A stretch of DNA of 64,000 bases from the NCBI GenBank assembly GCA_965223425.1, contig OZ245003.1, forward strand, positions 896,001-960,000, in the 5' to 3' direction. The DNA comes from Nitrosopumilus sp. (GTDB taxonomy: Archaea > Thermoproteota > Nitrososphaeria > Nitrososphaerales > Nitrosopumilaceae). How positions within the stretch are numbered: the stretch's first letter is position 1; each line of letters opens with the position of its first letter. This document shows positions 17,043 to 26,336 of this stretch, in pieces. The notes below the pieces were generated by a model. The model did not search any database. It worked only from the letters and a program-made list of their open reading frames with translations, and was not told the origin of the DNA. The position numbers were made by a program, and so were the translations under genes.

Positions 17043-19385
17043 TTATTCGTGATTCTTTGCACGCCGGTAAACCCAATATGTCAGAACAAGCAACAGCGCA
17101 AATAGCGCAATTGGGATCAGATTGGAGGACGCAGATGGCCTCTCCTCTGGAACAAATTCCGGCGCCACACCGTGTGCCAGTCCTCCCCATGCGTTCTCTG
17201 CAGTTATTGAGATTTTCTCATTGTCTTTTGTGCTTATCGTACATTTTGTATTGCATGCTGCATTTATTGCAGTATCGTCTGCATACAGCTTTGCAATTTC
17301 CCCAAAGCCGGGATGTGCAGTGATTGTAACAGAGCCTGGATTTCTTGTCACGTCAAGCGTGTTGTCTTTGGCAAGATTTATGAGAATTTGACTGTCTGTG
17401 CTAAAATCCACATAGCCATGGTGGAATTTTTTTGTCATGTTTGCTGCCGTGACTTGTATTGTCACAGGTGAGAGTGCGCCATACCCCACATCTAACGGAA
17501 CATCCAAGCGTGCATTCTGTGAATTCTCAAAGTATAGTGATGATAAACTGACAATATCAAGATTTGCTAGACTCTGATTCCCGTTTGTCTGATACACTTC
17601 AAAATTTGATGCTGTTCTTCGCAGCTTTACATCCAGGCTGCCTGTTCCTGATTCAGAATATTTTACAGGATACACGTCTTGTGATATTATCTTTGCAAGT
17701 CCTGGGTCATCTGAGTCATGGCCCACCTTTTCACGTGTATATTCCTGTATTGACTGCATCTGGCTGTATGGCATGACATCAACTGTAATTGCAACGGGAT
17801 TGACCGTGCCGTTATTCCCCACTGACCTTACATGCAGATTTGAATTAAAAAACGACTCTGCAAACCTGTATTCGTAATGTGAAAGATATGTCAGAACCTG
17901 TCCCGCAAAGTTGCGCGATACAAGCGTGTTAAACAGCGTGGCATTCTCGTATCTTGGTCCCGTAGAACCGTGCACCGTATCCAGTATCGGATACTCAAAA
18001 TACACCTTGCAGTATCCTGCCTTTACCAGCATTGCAGTCTCCTCAAATGTCTCACACGGGGTTACGCTGGGATTCTGCGTCTTTGCGACATCTGCAAATT
18101 TGCTTACTGCATCGTGCTCTTTGAGTATTCCAACGTCTCTGGCCTCAGACCATGCCAGCGTTTCATTGAACAGTACAAGATTCCACGGGTCAAAGCCTGC
18201 CCCGGCGTACAGAAAATCATTTATCTTGCTTCGCCTGTCCTCGTGAATTCCCGCATCATCATCTGGCCCGCCACCATGCGAGCCAAAGTAGTGCAAGGCA
18301 ACGGCGGCCCTGTCCTCGTATGATGTGCGGTGATCATCAGACAGTAACGGGTATGGATACTGGGAATATTCTGGTTTGTACCGTACCGCCAGTGCATCTG
18401 TCTTATCTGAGTCCGAATCAAGCAGTATTCCTGCATTAAACACATCTGTATCATATGAAAAAAAATTTCTGCCAAGATCCGAGGTGCCAGTAGCATTATA
18501 CATTGTGATGCCGTCCCCGTTGCCAAGACTCCACGGGCTTGGCGTGACCCCTGTATGCTTGAGAACCTTGTTGCAGGAATTAAGGCCGCATTCAATATGT
18601 GTCTCTATTTTGAGGTCCGGCGTTTTTACGGTCTCAAAGTGGATTGTGTTCTCCCTGTGGTTCTTCCACAAGAGCTCAGGCACATGCCGTACCACTATAG
18701 GATCCCAGAGATAGTATGTGCCATCTAGATTTCGTGCATCGTATCTGTCTTTGTCTTGTACCTGTTCTATGCTCAAAGTTACATCCAGATTTGGAATCAA
18801 GACATCAGGCGATATTGTGGCAGTTCTCACCACTGGAATTATACTACATTTGCTTCCTCCGTCCCCGCTTGAGCGGCACACCTTTTTCTTTCCAGTTATG
18901 GTCAGTTCCAGCTTGGCAGACTTGTTTATGCACGGGTCTGAATTATCAGTACAGTTCTTTGCAATATTGCCACTAACTGAGGCCATTCCAGAGATGCATC
19001 CAGAGTATCTTTTTACACTATTACATCTTGACTCTACCGTACTTTTGAATTTATTTTTGGATTCTGAATCCATGTATTTTTGATCAGGAATATTCATTCC
19101 AGTGTATGTGATGTCTAGTCCGTTGTATGATTTGAGCGGGTGTACTGTAAGACTGATGCAGGTCGGACTGGCAGAATATTTGAATATATAGAAAAAAGCA
19201 TCGCCAGAATAGTATGTTCCATCAGGATTATTCCTTGGTTGATTCTGATACATTACAGGATATGTCTGTCCCTGTATGCTGATGTTGCATGGTCTTGATT
19301 TTGTGTGAGATGCTGATGCATCATCAATTCCATACATGACAAATATGCTGACAGTTATTGCAAGCAGAAATAATGTCTTCAACAA
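17043..19385 (-). CDS. Large Cys-rich surface protein with C-terminal anchor
   Basis: Signal peptide, two (R)NxDGTYY motifs, C-terminal TM plus basic tail. Confidence 0.75.
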   Translation of the reverse strand: MLKTLFLLAITVSIFVMYGIDDASASHTKSRPCNISIQGQTYPVMYQNQPRNNPDGTYYSGDAFFYIFKYSASPTCISLTVHPLKSYNGLDITYTGMNIPDQKYMDSESKNKFKSTVESRCNSVKRYSGCISGMASVSGNIAKNCTDNSDPCINKSAKLELTITGKKKVCRSSGDGGSKCSIIPVVRTATISPDVLIPNLDVTLSIEQVQDKDRYDARNLDGTYYLWDPIVVRHVPELLWKNHRENTIHFETVKTPDLKIETHIECGLNSCNKVLKHTGVTPSPWSLGNGDGITMYNATGTSDLGRNFFSYDTDVFNAGILLDSDSDKTDALAVRYKPEYSQYPYPLLSDDHRTSYEDRAAVALHYFGSHGGGPDDDAGIHEDRRSKINDFLYAGAGFDPWNLVLFNETLAWSEARDVGILKEHDAVSKFADVAKTQNPSVTPCETFEETAMLVKAGYCKVYFEYPILDTVHGSTGPRYENATLFNTLVSRNFAGQVLTYLSHYEYRFAESFFNSNLHVRSVGNNGTVNPVAITVDVMPYSQMQSIQEYTREKVGHDSDDPGLAKIISQDVYPVKYSESGTGSLDVKLRRTASNFEVYQTNGNQSLANLDIVSLSSLYFENSQNARLDVPLDVGYGALSPVTIQVTAANMTKKFHHGYVDFSTDSQILINLAKDNTLDVTRNPGSVTITAHPGFGEIAKLYADDTAINAACNTKCTISTKDNEKISITAENAWGGLAHGVAPEFVPEERPSASSNLIPIALFALLLVLTYWVYRRAKNHE

Positions 19386-19484
19386 ACATCATGTGTCGTA
19401 TGTTAAAAAGGATTCAATAGAGGGTTCTGTAACAAATTGGGGACATGAATACGGATCTTCTCTGAAATGAATTTTATCCATAGT

Positions 19485-20923
19485 CTAAGAATCAGAACTG
19501 CTTCCTTTACCAAACTTCATACCGTCTGCAACTAAAATCGCCCTTAGTTCTGTCATGTCAAGTTTTCCACCCTTCCGTCTGTTGCAGTTACCACATAACA
19601 ATTGGAGGTTTTTGTCATCGTCTTGTCCTCCCTTTACTCTTGGTATGATGTGATCTACTTCTAGGTCTTTGAACTGGTAATGATATTTGCAGCCGTTGCA
19701 GTATCCGTGCTGAATTCCGTATAATGTATGCTTGATGTCTTTGGATCGTCTGCCTTTTCTGTGTGGGATGTCAGTCCTATGTATGACTTCTCCAGCTCCT
19801 GTAATGAATTTGGCAATTCCTGCATCCGTTTTTAGTCTCTGCTCGATAAGCGAATAGGCCCTCTCGGATATGTCACAGCCTATCCATTTTCGGCCCTTTC
19901 GTTCTGCTGCAAGGCACGCAGTGGCACAGCCGCAGAACGGGTCAAACACGACATCGCCGGTATAACTGCTGGCCTCTATGATTCGTTCCAAAAGTGCGAT
20001 TGGTTTTTGTGTGGGATAGCCCAGTTTTTCCATACCCTTAACATTCTGTATGTCTGTCCATATGTTTTGTAACGGAAGTCCCTTTGCATCCTCTCGGTAT
20101 ATCTTGCGGCGTGGAAGCCCGCCCTTTTTCTTTGGATAGTGTATCATGTTGCTTTCTTTCAATTTCAGCATAGATTCCAAAGGCCTTTCCCATATCCTTG
20201 TATGTCCCATGAACTCATACTCATACCCGCCATTTGACAGGTTTTCGGCAGTCACTTTTTCATGGCTATAGTATCCGCGCTCATCCTCATTACTGAAATT
20301 TTTCTTGATGTATTCCTTTGAGTATGGCGTGTAAATTTTATGCCATGTGTACTTTTTGGTTTTTGTATAGAACAATATTTGATCAGAAATCTTTCCGTAT
20401 CTTTTACCGTCATTGTGTGAACTAGTTCGCTTCCACGTAATGTCGTTGCGAAATGACTTACTTCCAAATACTGTGTCAAGTGTCAGTTTTAAATAATGAC
20501 TCATTGTAGTGTCACAGTGCAAATACAATGACCCTTTAGGTTTTAGTATGCGGTACATTTCCAGAATGCGGATTGCCATGTATATCAGATATGACATGGT
20601 AGACTTGCCACCAATCTTTCCAGCAGTGCCAATGATGGAGTATAGCGGTTCGTTCTGATCTGCGATTTCACCCCACCAAGATACATCTACATCGCTTAGT
20701 GTCCATGTGTCCTTGAATTCCATACCAGCTGCCTTTGATCCTATCGGTGCGGCATAGTTGTGTTTGGAATTGAACGGGGGATCAAGGTAGATCAAATCCA
20801 CACTTTCATCCTCCATGCCTCTCATAACAGGCAGGTTATCTGCTATGAAGATAGTCCTGTTTTTGATTCCACTTGCGGAGAACCGCCACCCCCGATTGAG
20901 GAAGATTTGACTTTACGTCTCAT
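19485..20923 (-). CDS. Beta-class N4/N6 DNA methyltransferase fused to C-terminal HNH endonuclease (1-nt frameshift near the N-terminus)
   Basis: DPPF, YPTQKP, FDPFCGCAT; CNGC...DHIIP..GG.....NLQLLCGNCNRRK. ATG 20923 is 1 nt out of frame with KNRTIFIADNL. Confidence 0.85.
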
Positions 20924-20926
20924 ACC

Positions 20927-21070
20927 TTAGCGTACTCTTTCCTTGTTCCAATATGGTGACTTGCATTTTACACTGGCACAGTTCTTTGGATCTTCATTTA
21001 CGCTGTACCAGATTTTCCCACATCTGTTACACTCATGCTTCCAATAGTCGCCTTCTACTTTCATACTCAT
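20927..21070 (-). CDS. Small zinc-ribbon protein (47 aa, not in ORF track)
   Basis: HECNRCGKIW...CASVKCKSPYWN. Confidence 0.7.
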   Translation of the reverse strand: MSMKVEGDYWKHECNRCGKIWYSVNEDPKNCASVKCKSPYWNKERVR

Positions 21071-21302
21071 ACCCTTCTTATGATTCTACCATTATATAAT
21101 TCATATCCGTATATGTGTTCAAAGTATAGTATATATGTGGGTTAAACACATAGTGTAACATGAATCAAAAAGAATTGAGGGCGATGATGAACCGTGTGCG
21201 ATCTGATTTGATGATTGAAACTGACAATCATCAATGGGTTGTCTCTGAGCCCTCACTTTTTGATTATCTTTATTCTATATTAATTTTCGAGGTTGTGTAC
21301 GC

Positions 21303-22340
21303 ATGAAAACAAAACAGATCTATCTAGGCAAATATCAAGCTGGTGATCATGAGGTTAGCTCAACTGGCAAGGGTCTAGTCTGCAGCTGTGGTTTTAATGG
21401 TGACTGTGAATACATCAAGGCCACGTTGGAATTTTTAAAAAAAGCGGAATTTGGCTTGGGCTTTAGAATCATGGAACGCTCAAAACTTCAACTGTGCAAA
21501 TTCTGTAACTCTGGAAATATTGTAAAGGCTGGATTAAAGAAGAACAAAACCAAAACCATGCAGATGTTCAAGTGTAATGACTGCAAGAAAAGGTTTACTG
21601 CTAATTTTGGTTTTGAAAATACTAGGTATGATGACAGTATTATTACGAGTGCCTTGCAGATGTATTTCTCTAAAATGTCAGTACGTAGAATTTCTGAATT
21701 ATTTGAAATGCAGGGAATCAAAGTATCATATCAAGCCATTTACAACTGGATTGAAAAATACTCTAAAATGGCTTCTGTGTATCTAAATGGAATAGTACCA
21801 CATGCAGGCAACTGGTTCAGGGCAGACGAGGTATGGATAAAGATTGCAGGAAAACAAAATTATCTGTTTGCTAGTATGGATGATGATTCTAGATTTTGGT
21901 TGGCCTCTGATGTTGCAGACAACAAGTTTCAACATAATGCAGACAGCCTATTACAGTTAACCAAACTACAAGCTGGTAAGACCCCTAGAAACTTCATTAC
22001 TGATGGATTGCCAGCCTACATGAAATCATCCAAGAAAGTGTTTGGAAAAAAGACAAACCATGTAAGGCATATCCACTTGGCAGGAAAGAGAGACAAAGAT
22101 AACAACAACAAGATGGAACGACTGAACGGTGAAATAAGAGATCGTGAAAAAGTGTTTAGAGGTCTCAAAAAGATGGATACGCCTGTATTGGATGGCATGA
22201 GGGTTTACTATAATTTCACCAAAAAGCATGGTTCCTTAGATGGCAAGACCCCAGCAGAAGCATCAAAGATTGAGGTTGAGGGTACTAACAAGTGGAAGAC
22301 AATCATACAGAATGCCAGTCTGAACAAGGCTACTGTGTGA
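21303..22340 (+). CDS. IS6-family (IS240-like) DDE transposase with N-terminal zinc fingers
   Basis: CSC..C SWIM-like and CKFC..CNDC ribbons; ADEVW, TDGLPAY, NNKMERLNG. Confidence 0.9.
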   Translation: MKTKQIYLGKYQAGDHEVSSTGKGLVCSCGFNGDCEYIKATLEFLKKAEFGLGFRIMERSKLQLCKFCNSGNIVKAGLKKNKTKTMQMFKCNDCKKRFTANFGFENTRYDDSIITSALQMYFSKMSVRRISELFEMQGIKVSYQAIYNWIEKYSKMASVYLNGIVPHAGNWFRADEVWIKIAGKQNYLFASMDDDSRFWLASDVADNKFQHNADSLLQLTKLQAGKTPRNFITDGLPAYMKSSKKVFGKKTNHVRHIHLAGKRDKDNNNKMERLNGEIRDREKVFRGLKKMDTPVLDGMRVYYNFTKKHGSLDGKTPAEASKIEVEGTNKWKTIIQNASLNKATV

Positions 22341-22445
22341 GTGATTTTTTTGAATTCAGAGAAGATCCATATTTCATATCTATATCACTACAACTTGACA
22401 GAACCCAATAGAGGGATTTTAAATCGTGGTTATTCTTGGAATGTA

Positions 22446-23021
22446 ATGTTGATTGGAGGTGCAGATGTCTCAGGTGATAGTCGTGAAGGACAACAGAAAC
22501 ATATTGCCTTTCTTGTCGGAAAAGAAGAATCCATAAATAAATTACATGATAAAATTGGGCTTGAACGAATTCACATGAGTACGATTTCAGAAAAGGATAG
22601 AATGAATGTTTATCGTAATCTCAAATCAATTTCCAACGATATTCATGTTTGGTGTTTTCATGTTGATCGTCAACGTATTGAAGAACACATACAGAATCAT
22701 AAGAAATTTCTCAAGTATAAAATGCCAAAACATAATATTCACAAAAACTTTGATCTAAATTGGCTTCGATTATTCAGGAGTGAACTTGAAAACACGACAA
22801 TGCCATTTGGAATAGCTGTTACAGATCTTGTCATTCAAACAGATGGCGACATGGTCAAAACCATAAGAAACTGGAGGATGAAAAATTCCAATGTAGGAAA
22901 AGCACACGAACTAGCCGATGCAGTTGCATGGTGCAATCAAAAAAACATCAAGATTGATTGCAAGGTATTGGATCTGCGAGATGAGATAAAGAAAAAGATG
23001 GAGCAAACTCTATTAAAATAA
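22446..23021 (+). CDS. DUF3800-like RNase H-fold protein
   Basis: N-terminal GADVSGD and C-terminal ELADAVAW resemble the DUF3800 DESG and QLAD motifs. True start is 22446, after a TATA at about 22416; the ORF-track extension lies inside the IS. Confidence 0.6.
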   Translation: MLIGGADVSGDSREGQQKHIAFLVGKEESINKLHDKIGLERIHMSTISEKDRMNVYRNLKSISNDIHVWCFHVDRQRIEEHIQNHKKFLKYKMPKHNIHKNFDLNWLRLFRSELENTTMPFGIAVTDLVIQTDGDMVKTIRNWRMKNSNVGKAHELADAVAWCNQKNIKIDCKVLDLRDEIKKKMEQTLLK

Positions 23022-23029
23022 TGAAAAGG

Positions 23030-23124
23030 TCAGGAACAATTGATCCCTAGTGCCGCGAATAACTGCCAAGGCAGCAAGTGTACTTTGTACACAATCTCCA
23101 CCACCTAGAGGGTAAGTATCCTGA
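23030..23124 (-). ncRNA. Candidate structured ncRNA convergent on the DUF3800-like gene
   Basis: Closing stem TCAGGA/TCCTGA, CCCTAG/CTAGAGGG, hairpins CTGCCAAGGCAG and GTGTACTTTGTACAC; minus-strand TTTATAT at 23146-23152. Confidence 0.55.
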
Positions 23125-23162
23125 TAATAATACTACAACATACCAATATAAAAAATCTCACC

Positions 23163-25997
23163 TCATTTTCGTGACTGATTCTTTGCAGATTTTCCCTGAT
23201 CCCTCTTTCCATTTGGAATGAATCCCATGATTTTTTCCAGCAAATTCTGTATGATCCACCTAAAGCTTGACGTGTTTTTTACCAGTGTAAGGATACTGCC
23301 TGAAACCAATGGAATGACCACTAGTGCCATCAGATAGGTATAGTCTTCCCTGTATATGGCAACAATCTCCATATCCTGACTTGCAACAAAAGATGCCACA
23401 GACGAATCTGCATCAATTCCCTTCCAGTGATCAAAGACATCACGGATCAAAAACAACACCCTGTCTTTGTCTGGTGCAGATATCTCAACTATATCGCCAA
23501 TCTTGTACACGCCAGAGCCCTGCCCGTCAACCACATCAATCAGAATCTCCTCGTTGTACGATGCTGATATCCTTACATCCTGTGTTGGCGTAATGTGAAG
23601 ATAATTCCCCTTGATCTCCTCAGCGTTTACAGTCATCTTTTCAAATGTATATCCCCTGCTGTGCGCAGTCGCTTTTTTAGAAAACGCAATCTCGATATCG
23701 TCTGGCCTAAACTCTGAATAGTACGGCGATACAGCTTCGATTGCACTGCCGCCTACTGTAACATCAAACGGCATGGCCAGTCTTTTTCCCTCTGCATCAT
23801 GTATTGTAACATCAATTGAGAATATTTTTTTTACAGATATGGTTTCTGATATCGATACTGTCTCATAGCCGTCCCTTGTTGCAAGTACGGTAATTGTTGA
23901 TGATTCGTCTTCTGCATCAGGCGTTATTACAAACGTATCGTGTGCAGTATGCTCGTATGGATGATCCGTGATTAGCGTATAGCTTGCATTAACAGAGTTG
24001 AGAGCCTTCAGCACTGTCTGCTGGCCCACTCTCAAATCCGTCTTTTCAATGTCCAGGCTGACACTCATAGTATTTGCAAACCCAGATAGTTCCAGCTCTG
24101 ATGCCCCCACATCTGAGATTATCGAGGCCTGCGCATCACCGGAATTCTCCAGCAGCATGTATCCATCCCGTATTGTGACTCCAAGAGGGGAGGAGATCTT
24201 CCAGTGTGTGGCCTTGTACAGTGGCACTCCAAAGGAATCCACTGCATGTACGGCAAACGGAAACCATTCCTGAATGTGAACCTGTTCTGGCGCAAGCAGC
24301 TCTATTGATGTGGCAATCTTTGCAGGCAAGATATCTGCGCTGGCCGAATCTATGCCGTCCATTGTTGCAGTGATGGCATCTGTCTTGGATAGTACGCCGC
24401 CAATTGTCGCCGAACCCGAATGTGTGGGCTGTATGGCACCGGACAGTCTGGCAGATTCAGAGTATATCAAAAACTCTACGTCCCTTCCAAAGACGTCTTG
24501 CGCATCAATCATGGCGCCGCTTTTGTCTGTTATGCTGACTATGGCAACATCTTGTTTTGTGTGCGCAGTTGCAGCAAGTACGGTAATGTCCAGCCCAAAC
24601 TCCTCTGTGTGTTGCGGGGCAATTTCCACTCTGGCATTGCCTGACTCTAGGCCCTTACCTGATATCTGAATCTCATGAGTCCCATGATCTCCTGTGATCT
24701 CAAACTCTATTGCGTTGGTCTTTGTTATGTGCTGCTGCTCTAAAAGATAGACGCCGTCGTGTTCTAGTCCGTCTGAAGAGGAGACATAGACAGTACCATG
24801 TGAGCTTGCAGGGGTGATTGTGGCGCCTTGGGATATTGCGCCGTCCATCTTTCCGACATCATCAATGAACAGCTCCAATGACTGTGTCTTGTTTATGTGG
24901 TATGTGGCAGCTACCCCCCATGCGGATTCAGATGTAACATCAGGGTATATCCAGGATAGTATGAGGTTTGGCTCATGTTCTGTGTCATCTCGCACCACAA
25001 AGTTTTGCTCCTGAATCTTTATTGTTGCAGAGTCGCCTGTGTTGCCAATCTTTGCAGGACCCACAAATATCGTATCATGTGCCGTGCCAAACCCCGCACT
25101 TGCAGTAATTGTTGCGTATCCCCTGTTGCCAGTGTACAGTATTCCCTTTGCAACGCCATCTACTAGATGTATCTGAAATCCGTCTGAACCTGTAACGTAC
25201 GGGTTTGTGTTTAGTCTTGCAATGTCTGCGTTGCTAGAATGAACAAAGGCATCTACCACATACGGCGGTACAAACGGTCTTTGCTCCTTTTCTAACCACA
25301 CATAGTAAAATGCATAAGAGTTCTCCATGGCAATGTCCGGAGCTATGGCCATTCTGAGGGTGAATCCGTCTTGAATCTTTTCTATGTGCGTCTTGTACGA
25401 GTCCAGCTGATCGGCACTTGCAATTATGTGGCCTGTCCCGCCTATGTCCATCTCAAATGCTTTTAGAGTCGTACCGTTTCTTATGGTAATCGTATCTGGG
25501 GCATCAATTGCCTGCGTCGTGCTAATGCCTATCCTCAGGTTCTCATTTGCAGGTGCAGGAGAGCCGCCCTCATCTACAAGCATCACATATCCAAGCATTG
25601 AATCTGCTTTTGTCTTGTTTGCAGGAATTACAATTTGCAGCCCGGATGCTTCGCTTTTTTTAGAATAGACCTGCGTTGATACAGAGTATAGCTGCCCGTC
25701 AATTGCTGCAAAGACATCTGCTGTTCCCTCATGTATTGGAGCAACTGAGAATATCCCATGATTCTGATAGGGTAGAATGGAGACGCTTTCCTGAATGTTT
25801 ATTGCATCATCGCCGGCAGACAGCAAGACAAGTGAGCCCCGAGGCGTTGCCTCTGATATGACGACCCCCTCGTATTGCTCCCCTGCAATCATGTGCTCTG
25901 GCACCCACAGTATCACGTCAGCTTTTGCATATGCTGGTGCTGCCACGCACGCCAAAAAAACCATGCACAAAAAGACCACACACAGCAAGCTTTTCAT
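23163..25997 (-). CDS. Large secreted multi-Ig/S-layer-like protein
   Basis: Signal peptide, beta-rich acidic body, C-terminal TM. Confidence 0.75.
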   Translation of the reverse strand: MKSLLCVVFLCMVFLACVAAPAYAKADVILWVPEHMIAGEQYEGVVISEATPRGSLVLLSAGDDAINIQESVSILPYQNHGIFSVAPIHEGTADVFAAIDGQLYSVSTQVYSKKSEASGLQIVIPANKTKADSMLGYVMLVDEGGSPAPANENLRIGISTTQAIDAPDTITIRNGTTLKAFEMDIGGTGHIIASADQLDSYKTHIEKIQDGFTLRMAIAPDIAMENSYAFYYVWLEKEQRPFVPPYVVDAFVHSSNADIARLNTNPYVTGSDGFQIHLVDGVAKGILYTGNRGYATITASAGFGTAHDTIFVGPAKIGNTGDSATIKIQEQNFVVRDDTEHEPNLILSWIYPDVTSESAWGVAATYHINKTQSLELFIDDVGKMDGAISQGATITPASSHGTVYVSSSDGLEHDGVYLLEQQHITKTNAIEFEITGDHGTHEIQISGKGLESGNARVEIAPQHTEEFGLDITVLAATAHTKQDVAIVSITDKSGAMIDAQDVFGRDVEFLIYSESARLSGAIQPTHSGSATIGGVLSKTDAITATMDGIDSASADILPAKIATSIELLAPEQVHIQEWFPFAVHAVDSFGVPLYKATHWKISSPLGVTIRDGYMLLENSGDAQASIISDVGASELELSGFANTMSVSLDIEKTDLRVGQQTVLKALNSVNASYTLITDHPYEHTAHDTFVITPDAEDESSTITVLATRDGYETVSISETISVKKIFSIDVTIHDAEGKRLAMPFDVTVGGSAIEAVSPYYSEFRPDDIEIAFSKKATAHSRGYTFEKMTVNAEEIKGNYLHITPTQDVRISASYNEEILIDVVDGQGSGVYKIGDIVEISAPDKDRVLFLIRDVFDHWKGIDADSSVASFVASQDMEIVAIYREDYTYLMALVVIPLVSGSILTLVKNTSSFRWIIQNLLEKIMGFIPNGKRDQGKSAKNQSRK

Positions 25998-26101
25998 CTA
26001 AATACGAATTTGAGTTTTGGATTTAAGCGGGAAAGAACTGATTCATATGAGACACCTGCCAGAATTCACAATACTTTCATAAAAAAAATAGCTGCGGTTT
26101 A

Positions 26102-26278
26102 TTATTCTATCCTTAGCGCCTTTGATGGACACTCATCTACTGTTTTTCTGATCTGCTCTTCTGGAGCACCGTCCTGGATTATGACAAACTTTCCGTCCTG
26201 TACTGAAAACACAGACGGAAGGCTCTTTACGCATTTTCCAGAATGAATGCAGGTTTCCTCATCCCAGCTTACTTTCAT
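26102..26278 (-). CDS. Divergent 4Fe-4S mono-cluster ferredoxin, YjdI-like (58 aa, not in ORF track)
   Basis: MKVSWDEETCIHSGKCVKSLPSVF...VDECPSKAL. Confidence 0.8.
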   Translation of the reverse strand: MKVSWDEETCIHSGKCVKSLPSVFSVQDGKFVIIQDGAPEEQIRKTVDECPSKALRIE

Positions 26279-26336
26279 GGTTTACTTGTATGCCTACAAC
26301 TAGAAAAACTAGACGGTTTGTACGCTTGAACCCATG

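Larger units (their letters stand above)
19423..22405. mobile_element. Complete IS6-family cargo transposon
   Basis: GGTTCTGT termini, subterminal inverted GGATCTTCTCTGAA, 8-bp TSD CAATAGAG at 19415-19422 and 22406-22413, DDE transposase. Confidence 0.9.

Noticed and set aside
22341-22445. N-terminal 35 aa of ORF 22341..23021, and the idea that this gene is IS cargo
   Set aside because: This segment spans the IS right end and TSD. The gene starts at 22446, outside the transposon.
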